From a virus (Duplodnaviria > Heunggongvirae > Uroviricota > Caudoviricetes), in the IMG/VR virus record IMGVR_UViG_2917886563_000007: DNA of 64,000 nucleotides; one strand, given 5' to 3'. A program made the position numbers and the translations under genes. Positions 9,897-19,928 of the stretch are shown piece after piece (position 1 is the stretch's first letter; each line of letters opens with the position of its first letter). A model generated the notes under the pieces. That model was not told where the DNA came from, searched no databases, and saw only the letters and a list, made by a program, of their open reading frames with translations.

Positions 9897-11060
9897 TTAC
9901 ACATCATTAGTACCTTCCTTATTTTTTGACTGGGACAAATTTGGGACCGATGGGTTCAGGATCGAGTCTATTTGCCGTGCGTGTTCGGTAAGGTGATTAG
10001 GTGCAAGGTGAGCATATCGACGAACCATTTCGATAGACTCCCAGCCTCCCATTTCCTGTAACACTGACAACGGGACTCCGGCTTGAACCAGCCAACTTGC
10101 CCAGGTGTGTCTCAAGTCGTGAAATCTGAAATCATCAATACCAGCCCGTCTCAGCGCCGCTTTCCAGGCTGTGTTTGCGTCATACCGCATCTTCCTTACT
10201 GTTGGCGCTTTCGTTCCGTCTGGTTTGGTACAGCTTTCCTTGTACACAAATACCCAACGGTGATGATTCCCGATTTGTTTTTTCAATACGCGACATGCAG
10301 TATCATTCAGCGCAACGCCAATTGCGCGGTTTGATTTACTCTCTTCCGGGTTTATCCATGCCACCCGGCGCTGCATATCTATTTGTTGCCATTCAAGGTT
10401 GATGATGTTCGAGCGTCTTAAACCTGTTGCCAGTGCAAATTCAACAACAGACTTTAATGGCTCCGGACATTCATCAATCAGCCTTTGTGCTTCATGAGGC
10501 TCCAGCCAGCGGATCCGTTTATTCTTTGGTTGAGGCACTTTAATAATTGGTGCCTTATCCAGCATTTTCCATTCACGCTCTGCGGCTCTTAGCAGGGCCT
10601 TTATAAATGAAAGATGCGTTGCCTTCGTTGCAACGGACGCTGGTTTTGGCGTGTATTCTGGAACTGGTTTCCCTTTTTTTCTGCATGCTTCTGCCCTGAG
10701 TTTCCAGTTTTCCTCATGACGCCGGTTCGTCATTTTCTGCATTGCTGAATAAATTTTTGATTCAGTAATGTCTCTTAGTTGCATTCCTGCGAAATGTTGA
10801 AGCCAGAATCCGATCCGGCTTTTGTCATCGTCCAGTGATTTTTTATGTGCTTTCTCTTCGAGCCACCTGACACACGCCTCCTCGAACGTCATATCAGGTA
10901 TTTCACCAAGTTTGCTGACCCGCCATGCTTCAGCCTTTAGCTTGTCATGGAGCTCTGTCGCCTGCCTTTTGTCCTTTGTTCCAAGAGACTGTTTAAATCT
11001 TTTACCGTTCGGCAATGTGAAACTGGCGTACCATATTTCACCTCTGCGGAAGAGTGACAT
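9897..11060 (-). CDS. int: Phage tyrosine integrase, P22-type (thrW-specific)
   Basis: 387-aa protein [24 protein letters not shown]... close to P22 Int as recalled; stop lies 13 bp from the att repeat. Confidence 0.9.
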   Translation of the reverse strand: MSLFRRGEIWYASFTLPNGKRFKQSLGTKDKRQATELHDKLKAEAWRVSKLGEIPDMTFEEACVRWLEEKAHKKSLDDDKSRIGFWLQHFAGMQLRDITESKIYSAMQKMTNRRHEENWKLRAEACRKKGKPVPEYTPKPASVATKATHLSFIKALLRAAEREWKMLDKAPIIKVPQPKNKRIRWLEPHEAQRLIDECPEPLKSVVEFALATGLRRSNIINLEWQQIDMQRRVAWINPEESKSNRAIGVALNDTACRVLKKQIGNHHRWVFVYKESCTKPDGTKAPTVRKMRYDANTAWKAALRRAGIDDFRFHDLRHTWASWLVQAGVPLSVLQEMGGWESIEMVRRYAHLAPNHLTEHARQIDSILNPSVPNLSQSKNKEGTNDV

Positions 11061-11287
11061 TTTCTTTCCTCTGTTATGCCATCACCCGCGCTCACCTGGA
11101 CAGTATGCAGCGGAGACTGAAGCGCCGCAATGCAGGCTTGTCGTGTTGTGAGGTAAGGAGATTTTGGTTTAGTGGGGTCTTTGCGTGTTGCCTGTAGGCG
11201 GCCTGTTCGTATCCAGTTGGTAGCGGTAGGTCTGGATATCTTGAGAAACTGACAGGCCTCATCGAGTGTGAGGCTGTATGATTCCAT
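10937..11287 (-). CDS. xis: Excisionase (P22 Xis-like)
   Basis: Start [31 protein letters not shown] at 11287; overlaps the int 5' end. Confidence 0.8.
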   Translation of the reverse strand: MESYSLTLDEACQFLKISRPTATNWIRTGRLQATRKDPTKPKSPYLTTRQACIAALQSPLHTVQVSAGDGITEERKCHSSAEVKYGTPVSHCRTVKDLNSLLEQRTKGRRQSSMTS

Positions 11288-11537
11288 GGTTACCTCTGCT
11301 TTTTGAACGCATGTCACGTAACTTCTTAATGTGTTCTGCCGTTTCGATCTCTTCTGCTATCCGATCTGCATCAGCTTTATTCACAGGTTCAAAGTCATGA
11401 TTAAAGCGGAACATGCTGGCGATACATGTTCTGCCTTTTCGGATGTAGTGAACTTTGTTGTGAGTGGAACGCAGGATTTTGCAGGGAGTGCCGTGTTGGT
11501 CGACGTACCAGGTGTTAGGGTAAATCACTCTGAACAT
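11259..11537 (-). CDS. Hypothetical early-region protein
   Basis: 92-aa ORF in the early leftward operon; start uncertain. Confidence 0.4.
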   Translation of the reverse strand: MFRVIYPNTWYVDQHGTPCKILRSTHNKVHYIRKGRTCIASMFRFNHDFEPVNKADADRIAEEIETAEHIKKLRDMRSKSRGNHGIIQPHTR

Positions 11538-11850
11538 TCTTGGCCTTGTGTTGTGCGGATTGATATTCAGTGCTGATATTCACCTTTATAGCGAACACCT
11601 TTACCGGTTTATCGCCAAAGTGCGGATGTGTGATTGTCTTCACTTCATATCCGTCATACGGAACATCAATTCTGCGACTGAAATCGTCACGCTTCGGATA
11701 TCCCTTCGTGATGATCAGACTGCCATACTCGCGGTTAACGAGGCGCTTTTTCCAGTAGTCATTAACAAGGCGATACTCTTCCGTTTTCTCTCCGCGAATC
11801 ATGGCATCGAAGTATTCACTTTTAACAGCAAGTTGCAGGTTAGCCATCAC
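11515..11850 (-). CDS. Hypothetical early-region protein
   Basis: 111-aa ORF, stop/start coupled to neighbours. Confidence 0.45.
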   Translation of the reverse strand: MMANLQLAVKSEYFDAMIRGEKTEEYRLVNDYWKKRLVNREYGSLIITKGYPKRDDFSRRIDVPYDGYEVKTITHPHFGDKPVKVFAIKVNISTEYQSAQHKAKNVQSDLP

Positions 11851-12068
11851 TTAATCCCCCTTTGTTTGCGGATAAGCTCCAGATCTTGCTGGCAACTGGC
11901 ACAAGTCCGACAACCCTGAACGGCCAGTCGTCTTCGTTCATCTATCGGATCGCCACACTCACAACAATGAGTGGCGGATACAGCCAGGTGGTTCAGACGG
12001 CGCATTTTTATTGCTGTGTTGCGCTGTAATTCTTCGATTTCTGATGCTGAATCAATGAGGTCTGCCAT
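11847..12068 (-). CDS. TraR/DksA-family C4 zinc-finger protein
   Basis: 73-aa protein with CCECGDPIDERRRLAVQGCRTCASC four-cysteine motif. Confidence 0.7.
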   Translation of the reverse strand: MADLIDSASEIEELQRNTAIKMRRLNHLAVSATHCCECGDPIDERRRLAVQGCRTCASCQQDLELIRKQRGIK

Positions 12069-12164
12069 CTCATTAATCCCTGAATTGTTGGTTAATACGC
12101 GTGAGGGTGAATGCGAATAATAAAAAAGGAGCCTGTAGCTCCCTGATGATTTTGCTTTTCATGT

Positions 12165-12380
12165 TCACCGTTCCTTAAAGACGCCGTTTAACATGCCGAT
12201 CGCCAGGCTTAAATGAGTCGGTGTGAAGCCCATCAGCGTTACCGTTTCGCGGTGCTTCTTTAGTACGCTACGGCAAATGTCATCGACGTTTTTATCCGGA
12301 AACTGCTGTCTGGCTTTTTTGATTTCAGAATTAGCCTGGCGGGCAATGCTGCGAAGGGCGTTTTCTTGCTGATGTGTCAT
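12165..12380 (-). CDS. Hypothetical small early protein
   Basis: ORF-track protein; start choice (12380 or upstream) uncertain. Confidence 0.3.
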   Translation of the reverse strand: MTHQQENALRSIARQANSEIKKARQQFPDKNVDDICRSVLKKHRETVTLMGFTPTHLSLAIGMLNGVFKER

Positions 12381-12456
12381 TGAACAAGTCCCATGTCGGC
12401 AAGCATAAGCACACAGAATATGAAGCCCGCTGCCAGAAAAATGCATTCCGTGGTTG

Positions 12457-13014
12457 TCATGCAGCCTCCCGACGGGCAAGAATCCTTGAGCCGAACGCCA
12501 TCAACTCGCCACGATCAACGGTCGTAAAGTGGCAGTGTGTACGGGGGTATGGGTGCCAGATAATGAGCATCGAGCCTTTATTATTTCCACTCACGGGTTT
12601 CCCGGTGAGTGGGTTAATAAATGCCAGTCGTCCTGCCGTGATGAATCTGACCTCACTGGCGGTTTGTATCGCTTCATGAAACCATCCGACAGATGTGTCA
12701 GCAGGCAGTAACATTACACATCCCACACTACTGAATTTGTTTTCAGTGGCTGCCTTTTTCACAAAAGGGGAAATATTGCTGTATGGTGGATTCAGCCAGA
12801 CATAACCAGAGGCATATCCCATTGCTTCAGGCCATGAAGTGGTTAATGTGTTCTGCTCCTGTGAGATAAAAAGCCGACATAGCCGGTTTTTTTCGTTGGC
12901 TGCAGCATCAAGTTGAAAAACGAACTCTGCATTAAGCGCAGCAAAAATCTCTGGTGGTGTGCGCCAGCTGTCGCGATGTTCGGCAGGAGTATTGCTTCCG
13001 GTGAAATCAGTCAT
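12457..13014 (-). CDS. Phage DNA N6-adenine methyltransferase (Dam-like)
   Basis: 185-aa protein with WRTPPEIF and LNPPYS (NPPY) motifs. Confidence 0.8.
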   Translation of the reverse strand: MTDFTGSNTPAEHRDSWRTPPEIFAALNAEFVFQLDAAANEKNRLCRLFISQEQNTLTTSWPEAMGYASGYVWLNPPYSNISPFVKKAATENKFSSVGCVMLLPADTSVGWFHEAIQTASEVRFITAGRLAFINPLTGKPVSGNNKGSMLIIWHPYPRTHCHFTTVDRGELMAFGSRILARREAA

Positions 13015-13165
13015 ACAGCCCCCCGTTTATTATTTATCTCCTCAGCCAGCCGCTGTGCTTTCAGTGGATTTCTGATAACAGAAAGGCCGGGAAATACCCA
13101 GCCTCGCTTTGTAACGGAGTAGATGAAAGTGATCGCGCCTACCCGGATATTATCGCGAGGATGCT

Positions 13166-13846
13166 TCATCGCCATTGCTCCCCAAATACAAAACCAATTT
13201 CAGCCAGTGCCTCGTCCATTTTTTCGATGAACTCCGGCACCATCTCGTCAAAATTCGCCATGTACTTTTCATCCCGCTCAACCACGACATAATGCAGGCC
13301 TTCACGCTTCATGCGCGGGTCATAGTTGGCAAAGTACCAGGCATCTTTTCGCGTCACCCACATGCTGTACTGCACCTGGGCCATGTAAGCCGACTTTATG
13401 GCCTCGAAACCACCGAGCCGGAACTTCATGAAATCCCGGGAGGTAAACGGGCATTTCAGCTCAAGGCCATTGCCGTCACTGCATAAACCATCGGGAGAGC
13501 AGGCGGTGCGCATACTTTCGTCGCGATAGATGATCGGGGATTCAGTAACATTCACGCCGGAAGTGAATTCAAACAGGGTTCTGGCGTCGTTCTCGTACTG
13601 TTTTCCCCAGGCCAGCGCCTTAGCATTAACTTCCGGAGCCACACCGGTGCAAACCTCAGCCAGCAGGGTGTGGAAGTAGGACATTTTCATGTCAGGCCAC
13701 TTCTTTCCTGAGCGGGGCTTTGCTATCACGTTGTGAACTTCTGAAGCGGTGATGACGCCGAGCCGTAATTTGTGCCATGCATCATCCCCCTGTTCGACAG
13801 CTCTCACGTCGATCCCGGTACGCTGCAGGATAATGTCCGGTGTCAT
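13166..13846 (-). CDS. exo: Lambda-type exonuclease (Red alpha)
   Basis: 226-aa protein [40 protein letters not shown]... essentially lambda Exo as recalled. Confidence 0.95.
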   Translation of the reverse strand: MTPDIILQRTGIDVRAVEQGDDAWHKLRLGVITASEVHNVIAKPRSGKKWPDMKMSYFHTLLAEVCTGVAPEVNAKALAWGKQYENDARTLFEFTSGVNVTESPIIYRDESMRTACSPDGLCSDGNGLELKCPFTSRDFMKFRLGGFEAIKSAYMAQVQYSMWVTRKDAWYFANYDPRMKREGLHYVVVERDEKYMANFDEMVPEFIEKMDEALAEIGFVFGEQWR

Positions 13847-14628
13847 GCTGCCACCTTCTGCTCAGTGGCTTTCTGTTTCAGGAATCCAAGAGCTTTCGCT
13901 GCTTCGGCCTGTGTCAGTTCTGACGATGCACGAATGTCGCGGCGAAATATCTGGGAACAGAGCGGCAATAAGTCGTCATCCCATGTTTTATCCAGGGCGA
14001 TCAGCAGAGTGTTAATCTCCTGCATGGTTTCATCGTTAACCGGAGTGATGTCGCGTTCCGGCTGACGTTCTGCAGTGTATGCGGTATTTTCGACAATGCG
14101 CTCGGCTTCATCCTTGTCATAGATACCCGCAAATCCGAAGGCGAGACGGGCACACTGAATCATGGCTTTATGCCGTAACATCCGTTTGGGATGCGACTGC
14201 CACGGCCCCGTGATTTCTCTGCCTTCGCGGGTTTTGAATGGTTCGCGGCGGCATTCATCCATCCACTCGGTAACGCAGATCGGATGATTGCGGTCCTTGC
14301 GGTAAATCCGGCATGTACAGGATTCATTGTCCTGCTCAAAGTCCATGCCATCAAACTGCTGGTTTTCATTGATGATGCGGGACCAGCCATCAACGCCCAC
14401 CACCGGAACGATGCCGTTCTGCTTATCAGGGAAGGCGTAAATTTCTTTCGTCCACGGATTAAGGCCGTACTGGTTGGCGACGATCAGCAATGCGATGAAC
14501 TGCGCATCGCTGGCATCGCCTTTAAATGCTGTCTGGCGAAGAGTGGTGATCAGTTCCTGTGGGTCGACAGAATCCATGCCGACACGTTCAGCCAGCTTCC
14601 CTGCCAGCGTTGCGAGTGCTGTACTCAT
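13843..14628 (-). CDS. bet: Lambda Bet (Red beta) single-strand annealing protein
   Basis: 261-aa protein [37 protein letters not shown]... as lambda Bet. Confidence 0.95.
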   Translation of the reverse strand: MSTALATLAGKLAERVGMDSVDPQELITTLRQTAFKGDASDAQFIALLIVANQYGLNPWTKEIYAFPDKQNGIVPVVGVDGWSRIINENQQFDGMDFEQDNESCTCRIYRKDRNHPICVTEWMDECRREPFKTREGREITGPWQSHPKRMLRHKAMIQCARLAFGFAGIYDKDEAERIVENTAYTAERQPERDITPVNDETMQEINTLLIALDKTWDDDLLPLCSQIFRRDIRASSELTQAEAAKALGFLKQKATEQKVAA

Positions 14629-14633
14629 CCGTT

Positions 14634-14930
14634 TTATACCTCTGAATCAATATCAACCTGGTGGTGAGCAATGGTTTCAACCATGTACCGGATGTGTTCT
14701 GCCATGCGCTCCTGAAACTCAACATCGTCATCAAACGCACGGGTAATGGCTTTTTTGCTGGCCCCGTGGCGTTGCAAATGATCGATGCATAGCGATTCAA
14801 ACAGGTGCTGTGGAAGACCTTTTTCCATGTCGTCTGCCAGTTCTGCCTCTTTCTCTTCACGGGCGATCTGCTGGTAGTGACGCGCCCAGCTCTGAGCCTC
14901 AAGACGATCCTGAATGTAACAAGCGTTCAT
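14634..14930 (-). CDS. gam: Lambda Gam (RecBCD inhibitor), short form
   Basis: 98-aa protein [56 protein letters not shown]... as lambda Gam. Confidence 0.9.
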   Translation of the reverse strand: MNACYIQDRLEAQSWARHYQQIAREEKEAELADDMEKGLPQHLFESLCIDHLQRHGASKKAITRAFDDDVEFQERMAEHIRYMVETIAHHQVDIDSEV

Positions 14931-15005
14931 GGCTGAACTCCTGAAAATGGCTGTGAAAATATCGCCAGCGAAATGCCAGGCTGATTAGAAAAACAGGAAA
15001 GGGGA

Positions 15006-15212
15006 TTAGTGATTCAGGCCGTTGCCGCGTCCGTCAAGAAAAACTTCCACGAGCAAGTCACGGGTATAAGTGCGCTCGATGCCGCGATGCAGATAAAGCC
15101 GTCCGCGTAAATTAGCTGATGCTGTCCAGGTACCATCTTTGTGTTTGACCAGCATTCCTGGCATGACCGCACCGCGATTAACGGTCTGCGCTCCGTAATG
15201 TTGATGAACCAT
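15006..15212 (-). CDS. Hypothetical small protein in the kil/cIII position
   Basis: 68-aa ORF downstream of gam; overlaps an alternative-frame ORF; identity not established. Confidence 0.3.
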   Translation of the reverse strand: MVHQHYGAQTVNRGAVMPGMLVKHKDGTWTASANLRGRLYLHRGIERTYTRDLLVEVFLDGRGNGLNH

Positions 15213-15769
15213 AAAAACCCCTGCCCGTAAGCTGGGCTGCTGAACATATAGAGACTTCTGCGCGTATTCAGGCGGTGGATGGCCGCCGGTGTCATAACTA
15301 AGCCGCCTCGTTGAAGCGACTGAGGTATGAAGTATCGAGTTGATTTCAGCTGGTCACACCGACGTTCACGCGTCCGTTTCACCCCTCGCACTCCCCGTAG
15401 CCTGCTGAAATTCAAGCTGCGGATCTAAGCGGTCATCGCAACGGTGAAGCGGTAAATCAGGAGATTGCCGCATTCCTGTGCCGTTGTGATGGATTTATAA
15501 TACCTATTGCTATTGATTATATCAATACGTATAAGTATCGAGCGATAGCGTTTGTTGTTATGCTGTTGATACTGAAAAGAATTTAATGTTGAGGTTTTTT
15601 GTGACATTCGACTCAAAATGGATTTTGCAATTAAATAACCAATTGATAACAATGAAAACATTACGGAGAACTAGATAGGCCAAATTACTTGCCACGAAGA
15701 TAGTTGTAAGCGTTGATAACAATGGTATTGAGGAGGGATACCCCCGACAATTGCGTCAGGGGGGAGGGA

Positions 15770-16156
15770 TTATTGGGCTTTAATGTAATTTTTCAACTTT
15801 GCAGTTTGCTCTACAGCGCTAGGAATGCATCCAAACATATTTGCGCATGAAGTTTGAACAACAATTTCGTTCTTATCGTTTCCTAAAGGTGTTTTTACAA
15901 CCTGATATCCAAGCACGGCACTATTTCCAATAGGAGTGTATGTGGAAATTACCGTTTCATCTGCCATCTGAATTTTCCAACCAGAATTCATTGCTATCCA
16001 AGCTTTGGCTCTCGACCAATATGTATCGCATTGCTCTTTACCTTGACAGTAAACTGGTTGTTGAGCTTGTGCGGCAATTTGGGGATCTATTTTCTGAGCA
16101 CATCCAGAGATGCTAATCAGAATAGCTGCTGTAACGAATAGTTTTCTCATTGACAT
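15770..16156 (-). CDS. Predicted lipoprotein in the rex position downstream of cI; candidate lysogen-expressed exclusion/moron protein
   Basis: N-terminus MSMRKLFVTAAILISISGCAQK has a signal peptide and lipobox ISGC; gene starts ~45 bp downstream of the cI stop on the same strand (start 16156 or 16150). Confidence 0.65.
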   Translation of the reverse strand: MSMRKLFVTAAILISISGCAQKIDPQIAAQAQQPVYCQGKEQCDTYWSRAKAWIAMNSGWKIQMADETVISTYTPIGNSAVLGYQVVKTPLGNDKNEIVVQTSCANMFGCIPSAVEQTAKLKNYIKAQ

Positions 16157-16198
16157 TTCCTTTGTTTTGAATATACAACAAATAAATTGGCAAAAAAA

Positions 16199-16891
16199 TT
16201 ATCCGTGTTTTCTATATGTCTGCGGCATGCTTCCAATGACTTTACCGAAGATGAACACTCGGTTCATCTCGTCTTTCTCGATCGGGTCCCACGGTGAGTA
16301 GCTCTTGTTATCAGAGATAACCAGCAGCTTATCCTTCATCATTTGCAGGCGCTTTACATGGGCTGTGTCGTCGTACAGAAACGCATAGATACCATCACCG
16401 TCGAAAGATTTAACTGTGATATCAACGAACAGCAGATCACCTGGTTCGATCGTTCCTGACATGCTGTCACCGCGCACGTTAATGATGCGGATATTTTCCG
16501 CCTTCCTGCCATCGAACATGTGACGAGCATCGTCAAACGAGTACTCAACCGAGCGTAGAACTTCTACAAACTCACGATTGATGACACCCGGCCCGGCACT
16601 GACTTCTATATCAAGAACGTCAATCTTGAAGTATTTGGAATGGTTGACAGCAGGCTTTTCTGATTGTTGACCGTCATTTCTCATCGGGCCTATGCCTGAC
16701 GAGAGCCACTCTGTTCGAACACCCAATGCATTAGCTATTTCAACAATTTTTGTTGAGCCGCGCGCGTTGCCGCTTGTCAGTCTCCAGATTGTGGGTTGAG
16801 CTACGCCAGACGCCTTTGCAAGAGCGCCTTGAGACATTCCAGATTGTTCCATCGCTAGGTTTAAGCGATCAGCAAGAGTTTCTTTTTTCAT
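16199..16891 (-). CDS. cI: CI-type prophage repressor (HTH_XRE + S24 LexA-like peptidase domain)
   Basis: Start MKKETLADRLNLAMEQSGMSQGALAKASGVAQPTIWRL at 16891; C-terminal S24 domain (RGDSMSGTIEPGDLLFVD ... VKRL); divergent from cro. Confidence 0.85.
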   Translation of the reverse strand: MKKETLADRLNLAMEQSGMSQGALAKASGVAQPTIWRLTSGNARGSTKIVEIANALGVRTEWLSSGIGPMRNDGQQSEKPAVNHSKYFKIDVLDIEVSAGPGVINREFVEVLRSVEYSFDDARHMFDGRKAENIRIINVRGDSMSGTIEPGDLLFVDITVKSFDGDGIYAFLYDDTAHVKRLQMMKDKLLVISDNKSYSPWDPIEKDEMNRVFIFGKVIGSMPQTYRKHG

Positions 16892-17000
16892 AAGTTTTAA
16901 TTTATACGCTTGCGTATTGATGGTCAAAAACGTTTTGCTATTGCTTGAGTTAATACGCATTGCTATTATCTATTTATTGCAATACCAATAGGAATTGATA
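16892..17000. promoter_or_regulatory. cI/cro divergent promoter-operator region (candidate OR)
   Basis: Palindrome ATACGCTTGCGTAT (16904-16917), repeated half-site ATACGC (16953-16958), palindrome TATTGCAATA (16976-16985) between the divergent repressor genes. Confidence 0.5.
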
Positions 17001-17228
17001 ATGACAAATCAAACCATTCAACTCGCAATCAGTATTACAGGTAGTCAAAAACGACTGGCAGATCTCTGCGGTGTAGCCCAACCCACGGTTTGGCGTTGGC
17101 TACACGGTGGCGGAATTGATGCCCGCTATGTAATGAAAATTGTCTCAGCCACTGGTGGAAAGATTAAACCAGCAGATATTCGTCCCGACCTCGCACCATT
17201 GTTTAACGCGAGTAATTCTGCCGCCTAA
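17001..17228 (+). CDS. cro: Cro-like repressor (HTH)
   Basis: Start MTNQTIQLAISITGSQKRLADLCGVAQPTVWRWLHGG at 17001 after an agga RBS; divergent from cI. Confidence 0.7.
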   Translation: MTNQTIQLAISITGSQKRLADLCGVAQPTVWRWLHGGGIDARYVMKIVSATGGKIKPADIRPDLAPLFNASNSAA

Positions 17229-17258
17229 TCTGCGGCGTTAACTGATAAGGCAATTACT

Positions 17259-17798
17259 ATGCAACCACTTACATACCAACAGACTAGCGGATTTAGCCCG
17301 ACTGCGGTGATAAATCGTTCTCAAACAAAACAGGCGCCAGGCCACGAAAAAATCCGTGATGCCGTTCGCGCCTGGTCGGCTGCAGATAATCAGGATGTTG
17401 TTGCCGCACTCATTGTGAATGAGTATCGGGAGCTGGGCGGCGGCACCATCGATTTCCCTGATGATGTCAGCCGTGCACGCCAGAAGTTGTTCCGCTTCCT
17501 CGATAACAAATTCGATTCTGAAAAATACCGAAATAACGTGCGTGAACTGACCCCGGCAATTCTGGCGGTACTACCGCTGGAATATCGCGGCCACCTGGTT
17601 GAGCAGGATAGCTTTATGGCTCGGCTGGCTGAAATGGAAAAGGAACTCAGTGAGGCAAAGCAGGCGGTCATTCTCAACGCACCACGCCACCAGAAACTGA
17701 AGGAAATGAGTGAAGGTATTGTGTCGATGTTTCGTGTGGACCCAGATCTGGCTGGTCCACTGATGGCGATGGTCACCACCATGCTGGGGGCAATATGA
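17259..17798 (+). CDS. CII-position regulatory protein (YdaT-like?)
   Basis: 179-aa ORF immediately after cro; family assignment tentative. Confidence 0.35.
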   Translation: MQPLTYQQTSGFSPTAVINRSQTKQAPGHEKIRDAVRAWSAADNQDVVAALIVNEYRELGGGTIDFPDDVSRARQKLFRFLDNKFDSEKYRNNVRELTPAILAVLPLEYRGHLVEQDSFMARLAEMEKELSEAKQAVILNAPRHQKLKEMSEGIVSMFRVDPDLAGPLMAMVTTMLGAI

Positions 17799-17884
17799 CA
17801 GGTTCAGAAATGGCGAAAGCCGGTCTGCTGGAACAGAACCGACTTTCAGGTGCAAATCGTAACGCACTCATTGCGGGAGGAATT

Positions 17885-18814
17885 ATGGCAAACACTGCTG
17901 AGATATTCAATTTTCCAGTGCCGGATGTGGCACAAAAGGAGCCGCGCGTGGCAGATCTCGATGATGGTTATACGCGCATTGCTAATGAGTTGCTGGAAGC
18001 TGTGATGCTGGCCGGATTAACACAGCACCAGCTTCTGGTCTTCCTGGCTGTCATGCGCAAAACATATGGCTTTAATAAAAAAATGGATTGGGTGAGCAAC
18101 GAGCAACTTTCCGAGTTAACCGGGATATTGCCGCACAAGTGTTCTGCTGCAAAAAGTGTTCTGGTAAAGCGTGGGATTTTTATTCAGAGCGGGCGGAATA
18201 CCGGCATTAATAATGTGGTCAGTGAATGGTCAACATTACCCGAATCAGGTAAGAAAAATAAAGTTTACCTGAAAGAGGTAAATTTACCTGAATCAGGTAA
18301 AAAAAGTTTACCCAAATCAGGTAAAGACGTTTACCTGAATCAGGTAAACACAAAAGACAAACTAACAAAAGACAATATAAAACCTTATTCGTCCGAGAAT
18401 TCTGGCGAATCCTCTGACCAGCCAGAAAACGACCTTCCTGTGGTGAAACCGGATGCTGCGATTCAGAGCGGCAGCAAGTGGGGGACAGCAGAAGACCTGA
18501 CCGCCGCAGAGTGGATGTTTGACATGGTGAAGACCATCGCGCCATCAGCCAGAAAACCGAATTTTGCAGGGTGGGCTAACGATATCCGCCTGATGCGTGA
18601 ACGTGACGGACGTAACCACCGCGACATGTGCGTGCTGTTCCGCTGGGCATGCCAGGACAACTTCTGGTCCGGTAACGTGCTAAGTCCGGCCAAACTCCGC
18701 GACAAGTGGACCCAACTCGAAATCAACCGTAACAAGCAACAGGCTGGCGTGACAGCCGGAAAACCAAAACTCGACCTGACGAACACTGACTGGATTTACG
18801 GGGTGGAGCTATGA
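17885..18814 (+). CDS. O: Replication initiator, lambda O-like
   Basis: Start MANTAEIFNF...VADLDDGYTRIANELLEA...RKTYGFNKKMD resembles lambda O N-terminus; ori iterons lie inside the gene. Confidence 0.85.
   Translation: MANTAEIFNFPVPDVAQKEPRVADLDDGYTRIANELLEAVMLAGLTQHQLLVFLAVMRKTYGFNKKMDWVSNEQLSELTGILPHKCSAAKSVLVKRGIFIQSGRNTGINNVVSEWSTLPESGKKNKVYLKEVNLPESGKKSLPKSGKDVYLNQVNTKDKLTKDNIKPYSSENSGESSDQPENDLPVVKPDAAIQSGSKWGTAEDLTAAEWMFDMVKTIAPSARKPNFAGWANDIRLMRERDGRNHRDMCVLFRWACQDNFWSGNVLSPAKLRDKWTQLEINRNKQQAGVTAGKPKLDLTNTDWIYGVEL
18237..18347. repeat. Replication origin iterons (five copies of TACC(C/T)GAATCAGGTAA-like repeat) inside O, followed by an A-rich segment
   Basis: Repeats at 18237, 18266, 18284, 18309, 18331; A/T-rich tract 18348-18385; same layout as lambda ori inside O. 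Confidence 0.8.
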
Positions 18815-19512
18815 AAAACATCGCCGCACAGATGGTTAATTTTGACCGTGAGCAGATGCGCCGGATCGCCAATAACATGCCGGAACAGTACGACGAAAAG
18901 CCGCAGGTACAGCAGGTAGCGCAGATTATCAATGGTGTGTTCAGCCAGTTACTGGCAACTTTCCCGGCGAGCCTGGCTAACCGTGACCAGAACGAACTGA
19001 ACGAAATCCGCCGCCAGTGGGTTCTGGCTTTCCGGGAAAATGGGATCACCACGATGGAACAGGTTAACGCTGGAATGCGCGTAGCCCGTCGGCAGAATCG
19101 ACCATTCCTGCCATCACCCGGGCAGTTTGTCGCCTGGTGCCGGGAAGAAGCATCCGTTAACGCCGGGCTGCCAAACGTCAGCGAGCTGGTTGATATGGTT
19201 TATGAGTATTGCCGGAAGCGTGGCCTGTATCCAGATGCAGAGTCTTATCCGTGGAAATCAAACGCGCACTACTGGCTGGTTACCAACCTGTACCAGAACA
19301 TGCGGGCCAATGCGCTTACTGATGCGGAATTACGGCGCAAGGCTGCCGATGAACTGGCCTGTATGACCGCGCGAATTAACCGTGGAGAGGCGATACCTGA
19401 ACCAGTAAAACAACTTCCTGTCATGGATGGCAGGCCGCTTAATCGTGTTCAGGCGCTGGCGAAGATCGCCGAAATCAAAGCGAAATTTGGGCTGAAAGGG
19501 GCGAGTGTATGA
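18811..19512 (+). CDS. P: Replication protein P (DnaB helicase loader), lambda P
   Basis: 233-aa protein MKNIAAQMVNFDREQMRRIANNMPEQYDEKPQVQQVAQIINGVF... as lambda P. Confidence 0.95.
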   Translation: MKNIAAQMVNFDREQMRRIANNMPEQYDEKPQVQQVAQIINGVFSQLLATFPASLANRDQNELNEIRRQWVLAFRENGITTMEQVNAGMRVARRQNRPFLPSPGQFVAWCREEASVNAGLPNVSELVDMVYEYCRKRGLYPDAESYPWKSNAHYWLVTNLYQNMRANALTDAELRRKAADELACMTARINRGEAIPEPVKQLPVMDGRPLNRVQALAKIAEIKAKFGLKGASV

Positions 19513-19808
19513 CGGGCAAAGAGGCAATTATTCATTACCTGGGGACGCATAAGAGCTTCTGTGCGCAGGACGTTGCTGAGGTAACAGGCGCAACAGTAAC
19601 CAGCATAAATCAGGCTGCGGCTAAAATGGCGCGGGCAGGAATCTTGGTCATTGATGGTAAGGTCTGGCGAACGGTGTATTACAGGTTCGCTACCAGGGAA
19701 GAACGGGAAGGAAAGGTGAGCACGAATCTGATTTTCAAGGAGTGTCGCCAGAGTGCCGCGATGAAGCGGGTTTTATTTGTTTATGCGGCGGGGGGAGGAA
19801 ATCAGTGA
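19509..19808 (+). CDS. ren: Ren-like protein
   Basis: 99-aa protein MTGKEAIIHYLGTHKSFCAQDVAEVTGATVTSINQAAAKMARAG... as lambda Ren. Confidence 0.85.
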   Translation: MTGKEAIIHYLGTHKSFCAQDVAEVTGATVTSINQAAAKMARAGILVIDGKVWRTVYYRFATREEREGKVSTNLIFKECRQSAAMKRVLFVYAAGGGNQ

Positions 19809-19904
19809 GGTTGACGATAACTAATATCTGGCGCTATATTCTGTGCGTTGCCGCAAAATCGGCACACGGGATTGGCGTCCCGGATAAGGTAATCGCGACT
19901 ACTA

Positions 19905-19928
19905 CACGCCGCGAGCGTGTTTTTTATT
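19905..19928 (+). terminator. Rho-independent terminator downstream of ren
   Basis: cacgc-cgcga-gcgtg hairpin followed by ttttttatt. Confidence 0.55.

Noticed and set aside
15425-15661. 78-aa ORF in the AT-rich gap between the gam region and the lipoprotein gene
   Set aside because: Low-complexity translation, no RBS, in a region more likely to hold promoter/terminator signals of the leftward operon.
18237-18347. Regularly spaced direct repeats that could be mistaken for a short CRISPR array
   Set aside because: Only five ~17-bp repeats spaced about 18-29 bp apart, inside the O-like coding sequence and followed by an A-rich tract; this is the lambdoid ori iteron arrangement, and no cas genes are present.
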